Notes: generated by a model from the letters alone, not told the origin. Numbered from the stretch's first letter, positions 29,016 to 38,952 are shown. The stretch: 51,521 bases of DNA from Candidatus Sysuimicrobiota bacterium (GCA_040289515.1 PSLI01000011.1:1-51521), one strand, 5' to 3'. Program-made: numbers and translations.

Positions 29016-29960
29016 GTGGGGATAGCGTACGTGTTCCCCGGGCAGGGCGCCCAGTACGTGGGCATGGGGGTGGATCTGGCGGAGGCCTTCCCCCGGGTCC
29101 GTGCCCTGTTTGAGTGGGCGTCCTCGGTGCTGGGCCTGGACCTGCTGGAGCTGTGCCGCCGAGGACCCGAGGAGGCCTTACAGCGGACGGAGAACACCCA
29201 GCCCGCCATCCTGGTGACCAGCCTCGCGTGCCTGGAGGCCGTGCGGGGCCACATCCCGGAGCCCGTGCGGGTAGCTGGTCTCAGCCTGGGGGAGTACACG
29301 GCTCTGGTGTGCGCGGGCAGCCTGGAGTTTGAGGACGCGGTGTGGCTGGTGCGCCAGCGGGGGCTGTTCATGCAGCAGGCCACGAAGGGCCGGGACACAG
29401 CCATGGCCGCGGTGCTGGGCCTTTCCGCCGCGACCGTGGAGGAGCTCTGCCGGCAGGCATCCGCCCTCGGCGTGTGCGAGGCCAGCAACTACAACGCTCC
29501 CGACCAGGTGGTACTGGGCGGGGACCGGGCCGCGGTGGAGGACGCGATCCACCGTGCGAAGGCCGCGGGTGCCAGGAAGGCGGTGCTGCTGGCGGTTTCC
29601 GCCCCCTTCCACACCAGCCTCATGCGGCCCGCCGCGGAGCGGCTGCGCGAGGCCCTGGAGGCGGTTTCCGTCAGGGACGCTCGGATCCCCGTGGTGACCA
29701 ACGTGACCGCGCAACCCGTGCAGCAAGCCGCGGACATCCGTCGGCTTTTGGTGGAGCAGGTAGCCAACCCGGTCCGGTGGGCGCAGTCCGTGGAGCGGAT
29801 GGCCGCAGACGGGGTGGATACCTTCGTGGAGCTGGGACCCGGATCGGTGCTGTCGGGCCTGGTGAAGCGCTGCGTGCGAGGTGCCAGCACCTTCCATGTG
29901 GAGGACCGGACCTCCCTGCAGAAGACCTTGGCGGCCCTGGGCAGCGTCCGGGAGGCGTGA
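29016..29960 (+). CDS. fabD: Malonyl-CoA:ACP transacylase
   Basis: FPGQGAQ, GLSLGEY, VSAPFHT, PVRW. Confidence 0.96.
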   Translation: MGIAYVFPGQGAQYVGMGVDLAEAFPRVRALFEWASSVLGLDLLELCRRGPEEALQRTENTQPAILVTSLACLEAVRGHIPEPVRVAGLSLGEYTALVCAGSLEFEDAVWLVRQRGLFMQQATKGRDTAMAAVLGLSAATVEELCRQASALGVCEASNYNAPDQVVLGGDRAAVEDAIHRAKAAGARKAVLLAVSAPFHTSLMRPAAERLREALEAVSVRDARIPVVTNVTAQPVQQAADIRRLLVEQVANPVRWAQSVERMAADGVDTFVELGPGSVLSGLVKRCVRGASTFHVEDRTSLQKTLAALGSVREA

Positions 29961-30721
29961 CGGCTGTGGTGGGGGTGGACCTGCGCGGGAAGGTGGCCTT
30001 GGTGACGGGCGGCTCGGGCGCCATCGGGGGCACCATCTGCGAGGCTCTGGCACGCGCGGGGGCCTCGGTGGCGGTGCACTACGGGGCCAACCGGGATGCC
30101 GCGGTGCGGGTAGCGGACCGCATCCGCAGCGAGGGGGGCCGAGCGGTGGTGGTGGGAGGGGACGTGGCCTCCGAGGAGGACGTGGAGCGTTTCTTCCGGG
30201 AGGTCCGGGAGCAGCTGGGCCGGGTGGAGATCCTGGTGAACAACGCGGGGACCCTCCGCGACGGGCTGGTGGTGCGCATGCGGCTGGAGGACTGGCGCCG
30301 GGTGCTGGACACAAACCTCACCGGCACCTTCCTGTGCACCCGGGAGGCACTCCGGGACATGCTGCGGGCCCGGTGGGGCCGGATCGTGAACGTGACCTCC
30401 GTGGTGGGACTCGTGGGCAACGCGGGACAGGCCAACTACGTGGCCGCGAAGGCGGGCATCGTGGGCTTCACCAAAGCGGTGGCCCGGGAAGTGGCCTCCC
30501 GCAACATCACGGTGAACGCCGTCGCCCCTGGCTACGTGCACAGCCGCATGACGGAGGCCCTGGAGGAGGACCAGCGGCGCTGGCTCACCGCGCAGATCCC
30601 CCTGGGCCGCACGGGGCTGCCCGAGGAGATCGCCCCCGCGGTGGTGTTCCTGTGCAGCGACCAGGCGGCGTACATCACGGGCCAGGTCTTGAACGTGGAC
30701 GGTGGTATGGTAATGAAGTAG
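29957..30721 (+). CDS. fabG: 3-oxoacyl-ACP reductase
   Basis: TGGSGAIG, NNAG, GNAGQANYVAAKAG, VDGGM. Confidence 0.95.
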   Translation: MTAVVGVDLRGKVALVTGGSGAIGGTICEALARAGASVAVHYGANRDAAVRVADRIRSEGGRAVVVGGDVASEEDVERFFREVREQLGRVEILVNNAGTLRDGLVVRMRLEDWRRVLDTNLTGTFLCTREALRDMLRARWGRIVNVTSVVGLVGNAGQANYVAAKAGIVGFTKAVAREVASRNITVNAVAPGYVHSRMTEALEEDQRRWLTAQIPLGRTGLPEEIAPAVVFLCSDQAAYITGQVLNVDGGMVMK

Positions 30722-30754
30722 GGGAAACCCAGCGGGTACGGCGAGGAGGCGGAG

Positions 30755-31006
30755 ATGGCGTCAACGTTCGAGCGGGTGAAGGCCATCGTGGTGGAGCAGC
30801 TGGGCGTGGAAGAGAACGAGGTCACGGAGAACGCCTCCTTCGTGGAGGACCTGGGGGCCGATTCTCTGGACGTGGTGGAACTGGTCATGGCTCTGGAGGA
30901 GGAGTTTGGCATCCAGATCCCGGAGGAGGAGGCCGAGAAGATCCAGACGGTGGGGCAGGCGGTGCAGTACATCGAGGAGCACCTGCAGGCCGCCAAAGAG
31001 GGTTAG
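30755..31006 (+). CDS. acpP: Acyl carrier protein
   Basis: [20 protein letters not shown]. Confidence 0.98.
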   Translation: MASTFERVKAIVVEQLGVEENEVTENASFVEDLGADSLDVVELVMALEEEFGIQIPEEEAEKIQTVGQAVQYIEEHLQAAKEG

Positions 31007-31019
31007 CTCGCACGCGCGG

Positions 31020-32282
31020 GTGTCCCCCTTGAACCAGGCGAAGCGGCGGGTCGCGGTCACCGGCGTGGGGGTGGTCACCCCCATCGGCATCGGGAAGGAG
31101 GCCTTCTGGAACGCACTGCTGCAGGGCCGCAGCGGTGTCCGGCGGATCCAGTCCTTCGACCCCTCCCCTTTTCCCACCCAGATCGCCGCAGAGGTGCTGG
31201 ACTTCGACCCCTTGCAGTACATGGACCGGAAGGAGGCGCGGCGCAACGACCGGTTCGTGCAGTTCGCCATCGCGGCCACCCGCATGGCCCTGGAGGACGC
31301 GGACTTCCGCATCACCCCCACCAACCGGGACCGGGTGGGGGTGGTGCTGGGTTCGGGGATCGGGGGGGCCCACACGTGGGAGGAGCAGCACCGGGTGCTG
31401 CTGGAGCGGGGCCCGGATCGCGTGAGCCCCTTCTTCATCCCCATGCTCATCAGCAACATGGCGGCGGGCATGGTCAGCATCCTGTTCGGGGCCCGCGGCC
31501 CCAACACCTCCGTGGTGACCGCCTGCGCGACGGGCGGCCACTGCATCGGGGACGCCTTCAAGATCATCCAGAGGGGCGACGCGGACGCCATGATCGCGGG
31601 CGGCACGGAGGCCGCCGTCACTGCCCTGTCCATCGCGGGGTTCTGCTCCATGCGGGCCATGTCCACTCGCAACGACGCTCCGGAGAAGGCGGTGCGCCCC
31701 TTCGACCGCGACCGGGACGGGTTCGTGATGGGGGAGGGGGCCGGCGTGGTGCTGCTGGAGGAGCTGGAGAGTGCCCGCGCCCGCGGGGTCCGCATCTACT
31801 GCGAACTAGTGGGCTACGGGATGAGCGCGGACGCCTACCACATCACCCAGCCGGATCCCGAGGGGGAGGGGGCGGCCCAGTGCATGTCCCGCTGCTTACA
31901 GGACGCGGGCCTGAGGCCGGAGGAGGTGGACTACATCAACGCCCACGGGACCAGCACGCCCTACAACGACAAGTTCGAGACCCTGGCCATCAAGCGCGTT
32001 TTCGGGGAGCACGCGTACCGCCTGGCCGTGAGCTCCACCAAGTCGATGACGGGCCACCTGCTGGGGGCCGCGGGCGGGGTGGAACTCATCGCCTCCGCGC
32101 TCAGCGTGTATCACCAGGTTCTGCCACCCACCATCAACTACGAGAACCCTGACCCTGACTGCGACCTGGACTACGTGCCGAACCGAGCCCGCCCCGCCCC
32201 GGTACGGGTCGCTCTGTCCAACGCCTTTGGGTTCGGAGGCCACAACTGCACCCTCGCGGTTCGGAGGGTGGGGGCCGCCTAG
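31020..32282 (+). CDS. fabF: 3-oxoacyl-ACP synthase II
   Basis: [36 protein letters not shown]; start approximate. Confidence 0.97.
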   Translation: MSPLNQAKRRVAVTGVGVVTPIGIGKEAFWNALLQGRSGVRRIQSFDPSPFPTQIAAEVLDFDPLQYMDRKEARRNDRFVQFAIAATRMALEDADFRITPTNRDRVGVVLGSGIGGAHTWEEQHRVLLERGPDRVSPFFIPMLISNMAAGMVSILFGARGPNTSVVTACATGGHCIGDAFKIIQRGDADAMIAGGTEAAVTALSIAGFCSMRAMSTRNDAPEKAVRPFDRDRDGFVMGEGAGVVLLEELESARARGVRIYCELVGYGMSADAYHITQPDPEGEGAAQCMSRCLQDAGLRPEEVDYINAHGTSTPYNDKFETLAIKRVFGEHAYRLAVSSTKSMTGHLLGAAGGVELIASALSVYHQVLPPTINYENPDPDCDLDYVPNRARPAPVRVALSNAFGFGGHNCTLAVRRVGAA

Positions 32283-32361
32283 GGGCATGCGTGGGCTGCT
32301 GCCGAGTCCAAGGGGAGCCGCGCGCCGTAGGCGCGTGGCCCGGGTGGGGTAGCCTTCCAGC

Positions 32362-33126
32362 ATGGGCGTGGACACAGGACCCCTGACCGCCGCGGAAGAC
32401 CTGGACCGCGAGCGGGCGCATCGACTGCGGGAGCTGGAGGCACGGCTGGAGGTGCGCTTCCGGGACCTGCACTTGCTAAACCTGGCCCTCACCCACGGAT
32501 CCTACGCCCACGAGGAGGGCGGCCAACGCCTGGGCACCTACGAACGGCTGGAGTTCCTGGGAGACGCCGTGCTGAACCTGGTGGTGAGCGACCACCTGTA
32601 CCGCCGATTCCCCGACCACAGCGAGGGAGACCTGGCCCGCCTGCGGGCGCGGCTGGTGAACGAACCCACCCTGGCCCGTATCGCCCGACAGCTGGAGCTG
32701 GGGTCGTACATCCTCCTGGGGCGTGGGGAGGAGCGGGGCGGGGGCCGGGAACGGGCCAGCATGCTGGCGGACGTGCTGGAGGCCGTGGTGGGCGCTGTGT
32801 ACCTGGACTCCGGCTTCGGGGTGGCCCATGCTATGGTCAGCCGGTGGTACGCAGACCGGCTGGAGGATCTGGACACGGTCCCCGTGGACTTCAAAAGCCA
32901 GCTGCAGGAGTACGTGCAGCAGCGCGAACGGAAGCTGCCCCGGTACCGGATCACCGGCACCGAGGGACCGGATCACGCCAAGGCCTTCGTGGCGGTGGTG
33001 GAGGTGGGCAGCCGGGTGTTGGGAGAAGGACGGGGCCGGACGAAGAAGGAAGCCGAGCAGGCCGCGGCCGCGGAAGCCCTGGTCCGCCTGGGGCTGTTGG
33101 CGGCGCGACCGCGGGCTTCCCGCTAG
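32362..33126 (+). CDS. rnc: Ribonuclease III
   Basis: ERLEFLGDAVL signature, C-terminal dsRBD (KSQLQE...KKEAEQ). Confidence 0.97.
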   Translation: MGVDTGPLTAAEDLDRERAHRLRELEARLEVRFRDLHLLNLALTHGSYAHEEGGQRLGTYERLEFLGDAVLNLVVSDHLYRRFPDHSEGDLARLRARLVNEPTLARIARQLELGSYILLGRGEERGGGRERASMLADVLEAVVGAVYLDSGFGVAHAMVSRWYADRLEDLDTVPVDFKSQLQEYVQQRERKLPRYRITGTEGPDHAKAFVAVVEVGSRVLGEGRGRTKKEAEQAAAAEALVRLGLLAARPRASR

Positions 33127-33130
33127 GAGG

Positions 33131-33622
33131 GTGGCCTTGGAACGGCTGTGGGCGCCCTGGCGGCTGGCCTACATCAAAGGGCCGGAACCGGAGGGGTGCA
33201 TCTTTTGCATCAAGTCCGCGCAGGACCGGGACGAAGAGAACCTCATCGTGTGGCGGGGTGGCTTCGCCTTCGTGATGCTGAACCGCTACCCGTACAACAG
33301 CGGGCACGTGATGGCGGTCCCCGAGCGGCATACGGGGCAGCTGGAAGACCTCGGCCCCGCGGAGGTGCAGGACCTGTGGGAGGCCGTGCGGCGGTCCGTG
33401 CGGGTGCTGCGTCGGGCTCTGGGCGCTCAGGCGTTCAACATCGGTATGAACCTGGGAAGAGCCGCGGGGGCAGGCATCGAGGACCACCTGCACATCCACG
33501 TGGTGCCCCGTTGGGCGGGTGATACCAACTTCATGCCGGTGCTGGCGGACGTGAAGGTGATCCCCCAGCACCTGCAAGACACCTACCGGCAGCTACGGGA
33601 TGCCTTCTGCGAGGAACCCTGA
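33131..33622 (+). CDS. HIT family hydrolase (Ap4A phosphorylase-like)
   Basis: LWAPWR, CIFC, NRYPYNSGH, HLHIHVVPRW.GD.NF. Confidence 0.92.
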   Translation: MALERLWAPWRLAYIKGPEPEGCIFCIKSAQDRDEENLIVWRGGFAFVMLNRYPYNSGHVMAVPERHTGQLEDLGPAEVQDLWEAVRRSVRVLRRALGAQAFNIGMNLGRAAGAGIEDHLHIHVVPRWAGDTNFMPVLADVKVIPQHLQDTYRQLRDAFCEEP

Positions 33623-33627
33623 CCACC

Positions 33628-34917
33628 GTGCCCGCTACCCTCCCGCGGAAGGTGCGAAGGGCGTGGCTGGCCTCCGGCATCGTAGCGCTGGCGGCCTGCC
33701 TGCAAACCGCCACGTGGGCCACACCCGCTGAGGACGTGGGAGCCCGCGCCTGGTCCCACGTGCAAGCCCTTGCGGGCCTGGGTCCGCGGGTGGCTGGGAC
33801 GGTGGCGGAGAAGCGTGCGGTGGAGTACGTAGCCGGCCACCTCCGGTCGCTGGGCTACCGCGCGGAGGTGGTGGAGTTCCCCTTCCCGTACTTCGAGACC
33901 CGGCAGGTGGCCCTGGAGGTCAGCCGCCCCGTGCGGTGGCCACTTTTGGCCCGGGCCCTGGTTTTCTCCCCGTCCACGGGCGGTCCGCTGGTGGCATCTT
34001 TGGCGGTGGCGAACCGGGGGCTCGAGGGGGACTTCCAGCGTGTGGACGTTCGGGGCAAGGTGGCCCTGGTGGAGCGGGGCGCGGCTACCTTCCTGCAGAA
34101 GGCGGAGAACGCGGCCCGCGCCGGTGCCCGGGCGGTGGTGGTCTACAATCACGAACCCGGGCTGGTGGTGGGAACCCTCACCCGGCCCTCCACCATCCCC
34201 GCGGTGACTATCTCCCGTGAGGACGGCCTGCGGCTACGGTCCTTGGCCGAGCGGGAGACGGTGGTGGTGTCCCTGGTGGTGGACACGGTGCTGGAGACCC
34301 GGACGTCGTGGAACGTGGTGGGCCTGCCGCCCGGGCGTGCCCCGGCCCGGGTGTTGCTGGGCGCCCACGTGGACTCCGTGGAAGGTAGCCCGGGCGCCAA
34401 CGACAACGCCAGCGGCGTTGCCGCGGTTCTGGAGGCTGGACGGTTGCTGGCGCGGCGTCCCGGGCCTAGGACGGTGGCGGTGGCCGCCTTCGGCGCCGAG
34501 GAGGGCGGGCTGTTCGGGTCGGCTGCTCACGCCCGCAGCAGTCAAAAACTGTTTGCCATGCTGAACCTGGACATGGTCGGCGTCGGGTCGCGGCTGCTGG
34601 TGGGCCAGTCGGGTAGCGATACGCGCGTGGTGGAAGCCGTGCTTCAGGCTGCCCGCCGACTTGGAGTGCACGTGGAGCCCAGGCGCATGGGTGGCAGCGA
34701 CCACGTGTCCTTCGAGCGGGAGGGCATTCCCGCGGCCATGCTGCACCGTCCGGACGACCCCCACTACCACTCCCCGCAGGACACCGCGGGCAGAGTCCGG
34801 CCGGACCTTTTAGCAGAGGTGGTCCACGTAGCCACGGAGGCAGCTCGTCAGCCGACCCTGGCGGCTTCCCCCGTGCGGCGGGAAGGGGTGCCGTCCCGAC
34901 CGCCTGGTCGGCTATAA
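33628..34917 (+). CDS. Secreted M28 aminopeptidase with PA domain
   Basis: Signal-like N-terminus, GKVALVERG (PA), GAHVDSV, GANDNASG, AEEGGL, NLDM, SDH, YHS. Confidence 0.9.
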   Translation: MPATLPRKVRRAWLASGIVALAACLQTATWATPAEDVGARAWSHVQALAGLGPRVAGTVAEKRAVEYVAGHLRSLGYRAEVVEFPFPYFETRQVALEVSRPVRWPLLARALVFSPSTGGPLVASLAVANRGLEGDFQRVDVRGKVALVERGAATFLQKAENAARAGARAVVVYNHEPGLVVGTLTRPSTIPAVTISREDGLRLRSLAERETVVVSLVVDTVLETRTSWNVVGLPPGRAPARVLLGAHVDSVEGSPGANDNASGVAAVLEAGRLLARRPGPRTVAVAAFGAEEGGLFGSAAHARSSQKLFAMLNLDMVGVGSRLLVGQSGSDTRVVEAVLQAARRLGVHVEPRRMGGSDHVSFEREGIPAAMLHRPDDPHYHSPQDTAGRVRPDLLAEVVHVATEAARQPTLAASPVRREGVPSRPPGRL

Positions 34918-34961
34918 TGTCCGTGGCCGACCGACCGGTCGAGCCGAGGGGAGGGAGCGGG

Positions 34962-36170
34962 GTGCTCGTTCAGGACGACCTGCTGGCACCGGAGGTGCTA
35001 CGCGACCCCTACACCTACTTCGCCCGGCTGCGGCAGGAAGCCCCGGTGCACTGGAACGACCGCTGGGGCGGTTGGTTGGTGACGCGGTACGAGGACGTGG
35101 TGCGGGCCTTCCGCGACCCCGAGCGGCTGTCGAGCGACCGCATGGCGCACTTCCAGCGGGAACTCACCCCGCACGACCGCGAGCGGCTTCACGTCCTCAT
35201 CCAGTACTTCTCCCGCTGGTTGGTGTTCACGGATCCCCCGTACCACACTCGGGTTCGGATGCTGGTGAACAAGGCCTTCACCCCCACCAGCGTGGAACGC
35301 CTGCGACCCCGGGTGCGGCAGATCGTGCACGACCTCCTGGCCGCGGCGGCCCGCAGGCGGCACATGGAGTTCGTGCGGGAGTTCGCCTTCCACCTGCCCG
35401 TGATCGTCATCTCGGAGTACCTCGGGGTTCCGCCGGAGGACCGGGAGGCGGTGAAGGAGTGGTCCGACGAGACATCCCGCATCTTCTTCATCCGGGCGGA
35501 CGACCCGGACCGCCGCGAGCGGTCCCAAGCGGGTCTGATCCGGCTGCTGGAGTACTTCGAACCCCTGATCCACGACCGGCGGAGAAACCCCCGGGATGAT
35601 TTGATCTCCGCCCTGGTACAGGCGGAGGAGCGTGGGGACCTGCTGAGCCACGACGAACTGCTGGCCACCTGCACCGTGCTTTTGTTCGCCGGCCACGAGA
35701 CCACCACCAACCTGCTGGCCAACGGCCTGCTGGCCCTGCTCCGCCACCGGGACCAGTGGGAGATGCTGCGTCAGGACCCCTCTTTGACCCGTTCCGCCAC
35801 AGAAGAACTGCTGCGCTACGACGGGCCGGTCAAGGCCACTTTCCGGTGGGCGAGGGTAGACGTGGAGCTAGGCGGGAAGACCCTCCGCGCGGGCGACCGC
35901 ATGCTGTTGGTCCTGGCTTCCGCCAACCGGGACCCGGAGAAGTTTCCCGAGCCCGACCGGGTGGACATCACCCGCAACCCCAACCCCCACGTGGCCTTCG
36001 GACACGGCATCCACGTGTGCCTGGGAGCCCCTCTGGCGCGCGTGGAGGCGCAGGAAGCGTTCGCAGCCTTGGTGCAACACTTCCCCCACCTGCGCCTGGC
36101 CCGGGAGGACCTCGAGTACCATCCCACCATCGTGTCCCGGGCCCTCGTGGAGCTGCCCGTGGAGTGGTGA
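34962..36170 (+). CDS. Cytochrome P450
   Basis: DPPYHTR, AGHETT I-helix, EELLR, FGHGIHVCLG heme motif; GTG 34962 has RBS, TATAAT at 34913. Confidence 0.96.
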   Translation: MLVQDDLLAPEVLRDPYTYFARLRQEAPVHWNDRWGGWLVTRYEDVVRAFRDPERLSSDRMAHFQRELTPHDRERLHVLIQYFSRWLVFTDPPYHTRVRMLVNKAFTPTSVERLRPRVRQIVHDLLAAAARRRHMEFVREFAFHLPVIVISEYLGVPPEDREAVKEWSDETSRIFFIRADDPDRRERSQAGLIRLLEYFEPLIHDRRRNPRDDLISALVQAEERGDLLSHDELLATCTVLLFAGHETTTNLLANGLLALLRHRDQWEMLRQDPSLTRSATEELLRYDGPVKATFRWARVDVELGGKTLRAGDRMLLVLASANRDPEKFPEPDRVDITRNPNPHVAFGHGIHVCLGAPLARVEAQEAFAALVQHFPHLRLAREDLEYHPTIVSRALVELPVEW

Positions 36171-36394
36171 CCGTGCGCCGACTGCGCATCGAGGTGGACC
36201 TCCACCGCTGCGTGGGCAGCAGCATCTGCGTGCTCACCGCGCCGCGCACCTTCACCCTGAACACCCATGGACAGTCTTCCGTAGTGGACCCCGAGGGCGA
36301 CCCCCTGGAGGTGGTCCTGGAGGCCGCGGAGGGCTGCCCCACCATGGCCATCACGGTGTTCGACGCGGACACGGGCGAGCAGCTGTTTCCCTGA
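36167..36394 (+). CDS. Ferredoxin (3Fe-4S type, P450 partner)
   Basis: CVGSSIC...CPTMAI; GTGA overlap with P450. Confidence 0.9.
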   Translation: MTVRRLRIEVDLHRCVGSSICVLTAPRTFTLNTHGQSSVVDPEGDPLEVVLEAAEGCPTMAITVFDADTGEQLFP

Positions 36395-36425
36395 CTGCCA
36401 GGCGGCATGCTACGCTGGCCGCGGG

Positions 36426-36819
36426 ATGCCCGAGCGGAGCCGGGACTGGATGGAGCAGGCGGAGCGGGACCTGGCCAGAACCCGCCTGCAGATGGCAGGC
36501 GGGTTCTGGGAGTGGGCGTGTTTTGCCAGCCACCAGGCGGCGGAAAAGGGCCTCCAGGCCGTGTACCTGCGGCGGGGCGGGGAGGCGTGGGGCCACGCCC
36601 TCGGGGGCCTGGTGGAGGGCCTCCGCGGACGGGTGGAACTTCCGGAGGTAGGGCGTTGCGCGGAGCAGCTAGACCGCTTTTACGTGCCCACGCAGTACCC
36701 CAATGCCTGGCCGGAGGGGGAGTCCGGGCGGCCACTTCAAGCGGGAGGACGCAGAGGGTGCGGTCCGTTGTGCGCAAACGATCCTACGGTTGTGTCACCG
36801 TCTTCTGGCTGGATCGTGA
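36426..36819 (+). pseudogene. HEPN domain protein, frameshifted (+1 G)
   Basis: WMEQAERDL...ACFASHQAAEK...WGH...YP; removing one G at 36716-36720 restores HFKREDAEGAVRCAQTIL...GS*. Confidence 0.8.
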
Positions 36820-37132
36820 GGAGGCTTTGCGGCGGCTGGGGGAGGCCGCCGTCGGGCTGCTGGCGGATCGGCCTGAGGTGCGGGCGGTGTACCTGTTCGG
36901 CTCCCGGGCGGCCGACCGCGCGGTGCTCGGAAGCGACGCGGACGTCCTCCTGATCCTGTCCCACGCGGAAGGTCGCTGGTTCGAGCGCGCGGATCCGTAC
37001 CGGCGGTACTTCCAGGGGGTGGGACTGCCGCTGGAGCTGTTTTGCTACACGGTGGAAGAAGCACAGCAGACGCCCCTGGCCCGCCGGGCGCTCCGCCAGG
37101 GCCTCCTTTTGCCGCCGCGCCACGCCCTGTGA
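36770..37132 (+). CDS. Minimal nucleotidyltransferase (MNT)
   Basis: VYLFGSRA...SDADVL motif; overlaps HEPN 3' end. Confidence 0.88.
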   Translation: MRKRSYGCVTVFWLDREEALRRLGEAAVGLLADRPEVRAVYLFGSRAADRAVLGSDADVLLILSHAEGRWFERADPYRRYFQGVGLPLELFCYTVEEAQQTPLARRALRQGLLLPPRHAL

Positions 37133-37171
37133 CCGGCGTGGGCCCGGTGCCGGAATTCCACGGCCCTGGAA

Positions 37172-37193
37172 AATACCCTACTAAGTATGGTAT
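37172..37193 (+). promoter_or_regulatory. CsoR/CstR-family operator overlapping extended -10
   Basis: AATACCCTACTAAGTATGGTA; matching copy at 38931-38952 on minus strand. Confidence 0.7.
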
Positions 37194-37231
37194 GCTCCGC
37201 GTCGAAGGCAAGCAAACACGGGAGGTGGACC

Positions 37232-37441
37232 GTGCGGGCGTGCAACACGGGAACCGTAGACCGGGTGGTGCGGGTGGTGGTGGGCTTGATCGCCTTGGCC
37301 TTGGGGTTGCGGCAGGGCCCTTCCGCAGCGGCCTACGTGCTGTATGCGGTGGCCCTGGTGGGTCTGGGGACGGGCCTGGTGGGGTGGTGCCCCCTGTGGG
37401 CTCTACTGGGGATCAACACGTGCGGCCGCGCCCGCACCTGA
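37232..37441 (+). CDS. DUF2892 (YgaP-like) membrane protein
   Basis: CNTGTVDR..R...TGLVGWCPLWALLGINTC. Confidence 0.88.
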   Translation: MRACNTGTVDRVVRVVVGLIALALGLRQGPSAAAYVLYAVALVGLGTGLVGWCPLWALLGINTCGRART

Positions 37442-37460
37442 AGCTCTTTGGAGGCCTGCC

Positions 37461-37931
37461 GTGTCCGAGGTCATGACGGCCCGTGTGTCGCTGAAGCCGG
37501 AGGGAGGGTACCGCTTCCGCGTGGAGATGGACCGGCCCGAGTGGGGCTTGGTGGTGGACGAGCCACCACCCCTCGGGGAAGGAGCGGGGCCCAACCCCGC
37601 GCGGCTGGTAGCCACTGCCCTGGGCCACTGCTTGGCCAGCAGCCTGCGGTACTGCCTGGAGCGGGCGCGGGTGGCCGCGCAGATCTCGGCCCAGGTGGAC
37701 GTGGAGATCCGGCGCAACGACCGCGGTCGCTGGCGCATCACGGGGGCGCAGGCGCAGCTGGACCTGTCCGGCGCGGACGCCGCGCCGCGGGGCCCACTGG
37801 ACCGATGCCTCCAGCTGTTCGAGGACTTCTGCATCGTCACCGCCAGCGTCCGACAGGGCATCCCCGTGGACGTGCGCGTGCGGGTAGACGGCCAGCTCGT
37901 GGAACGCACGGGGACGGGACGAGCCGGCTAG
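37461..37931 (+). CDS. OsmC family protein
   Basis: DEPPPLGEGAGPNP, GHCLASSL, FEDFCIVTASVRQG. Confidence 0.9.
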   Translation: MSEVMTARVSLKPEGGYRFRVEMDRPEWGLVVDEPPPLGEGAGPNPARLVATALGHCLASSLRYCLERARVAAQISAQVDVEIRRNDRGRWRITGAQAQLDLSGADAAPRGPLDRCLQLFEDFCIVTASVRQGIPVDVRVRVDGQLVERTGTGRAG

Positions 37932-38221
37932 CGCAGCATCAGCAGGGACCGCTGCAGCTTGCGCAAAGCCCCCTGGGCTTGCGGCTTCCCCGCCAGCTCC
38001 AGCCGTACGCATTGTTCCAGCCCAGCGGCGATGAGGTCCATGGCCACCCGGTCCAGGGCGGCCCGGGTAGCGGCCACCTGCTGGGCTACCTCCGCGCAGT
38101 CCCGGCCCTCCTCCAGCATGCGCTGGAGCCCGCGCACCTGCCCCTCAATGCGGCGCAGACGGGCGAGCAGAGAGGCCTTTACCTCCTCACGGACCCTCAG
38201 ACCGGCCACCGCGGGCCTCAC
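37928..38221 (-). CDS. CsoR/RcnR/CstR family transcriptional repressor
   Basis: LARLRRIEGQVRGLQRM...C..V.QQVAA.RAAL...LEQC. Confidence 0.92.
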   Translation of the reverse strand: MRPAVAGLRVREEVKASLLARLRRIEGQVRGLQRMLEEGRDCAEVAQQVAATRAALDRVAMDLIAAGLEQCVRLELAGKPQAQGALRKLQRSLLMLR

Positions 38222-38916
38222 TCCCCCGTTCGGACCGCGGGCCGTGCGGCCCCCGCGGCCTCCAGGACGTGTTGGAGGAACACTTCCTCGGGATGCGCAC
38301 CCTCGAAGCCGTACACCTCGTTGAGGACCACCTTGGGCACACCCACCACCCCGTAGCGGTCCGCCAGGGCGGGAAACTCCATGGCCTCCACCACGTCCGC
38401 CCGCACCCGTTCGGACTCCTGGGCCATGGCGTGGGCCAGCCGCGCCACCCGCGGGCAGTACGGACAGGTGGGGGTCACGAACACCCGGATGTGCACGTCC
38501 TGTGGCAAATCCGCGAGCGCCCGCCGGGTCTCCGGCTTCAGGCCACTGTCTTTTCGCGAGGCGGCTACGATGCCCTCCACCAGGACCGCGAACTCCAGTC
38601 CGGAGGGGATCCCGTAGTAACGCGCGCGGGCCCGTCCGTCCTCTCCCAGGAGGATGGCGGGCACGCCCTCTACCCCGGCCGCCCGGGCCTCCTCCGCGTC
38701 CGTGACGATGCTGCGCACCCGCAGCTTGAGCCGAGGGTCCAGGGCCACCACTTCCTCCAGCAGCTGCTGGGTTACCTCGCAGGTCTCGCAGTTCGCCCCG
38801 GGTAGCGCGAGGCCCGCGCGGGAGGTGGTGAACAGGCTAAGGGTAACCTCTCCCACCAGCTCCTGCTGGAACTTTCGGCGCAACACCTCCTGGTCCTGGG
38901 GCCGCAGCAGCGCCAT
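38218..38916 (-). CDS. Protein disulfide oxidoreductase (double thioredoxin fold, PDO)
   Basis: CETC and CPYC motifs, YYGIPSG.EF, VGVP. Confidence 0.92.
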   Translation of the reverse strand: MALLRPQDQEVLRRKFQQELVGEVTLSLFTTSRAGLALPGANCETCEVTQQLLEEVVALDPRLKLRVRSIVTDAEEARAAGVEGVPAILLGEDGRARARYYGIPSGLEFAVLVEGIVAASRKDSGLKPETRRALADLPQDVHIRVFVTPTCPYCPRVARLAHAMAQESERVRADVVEAMEFPALADRYGVVGVPKVVLNEVYGFEGAHPEEVFLQHVLEAAGAARPAVRTGE

Positions 38917-38930
38917 GGCACCCCTCCTTC

Positions 38931-38952
38931 GTACGGTACTCTGTAGGGTATT
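38931..38952 (-). promoter_or_regulatory. Second CsoR/CstR-family operator
   Basis: Minus strand AATACCCTACAGAGTACCGTAC just upstream of PDO RBS. Confidence 0.7.
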
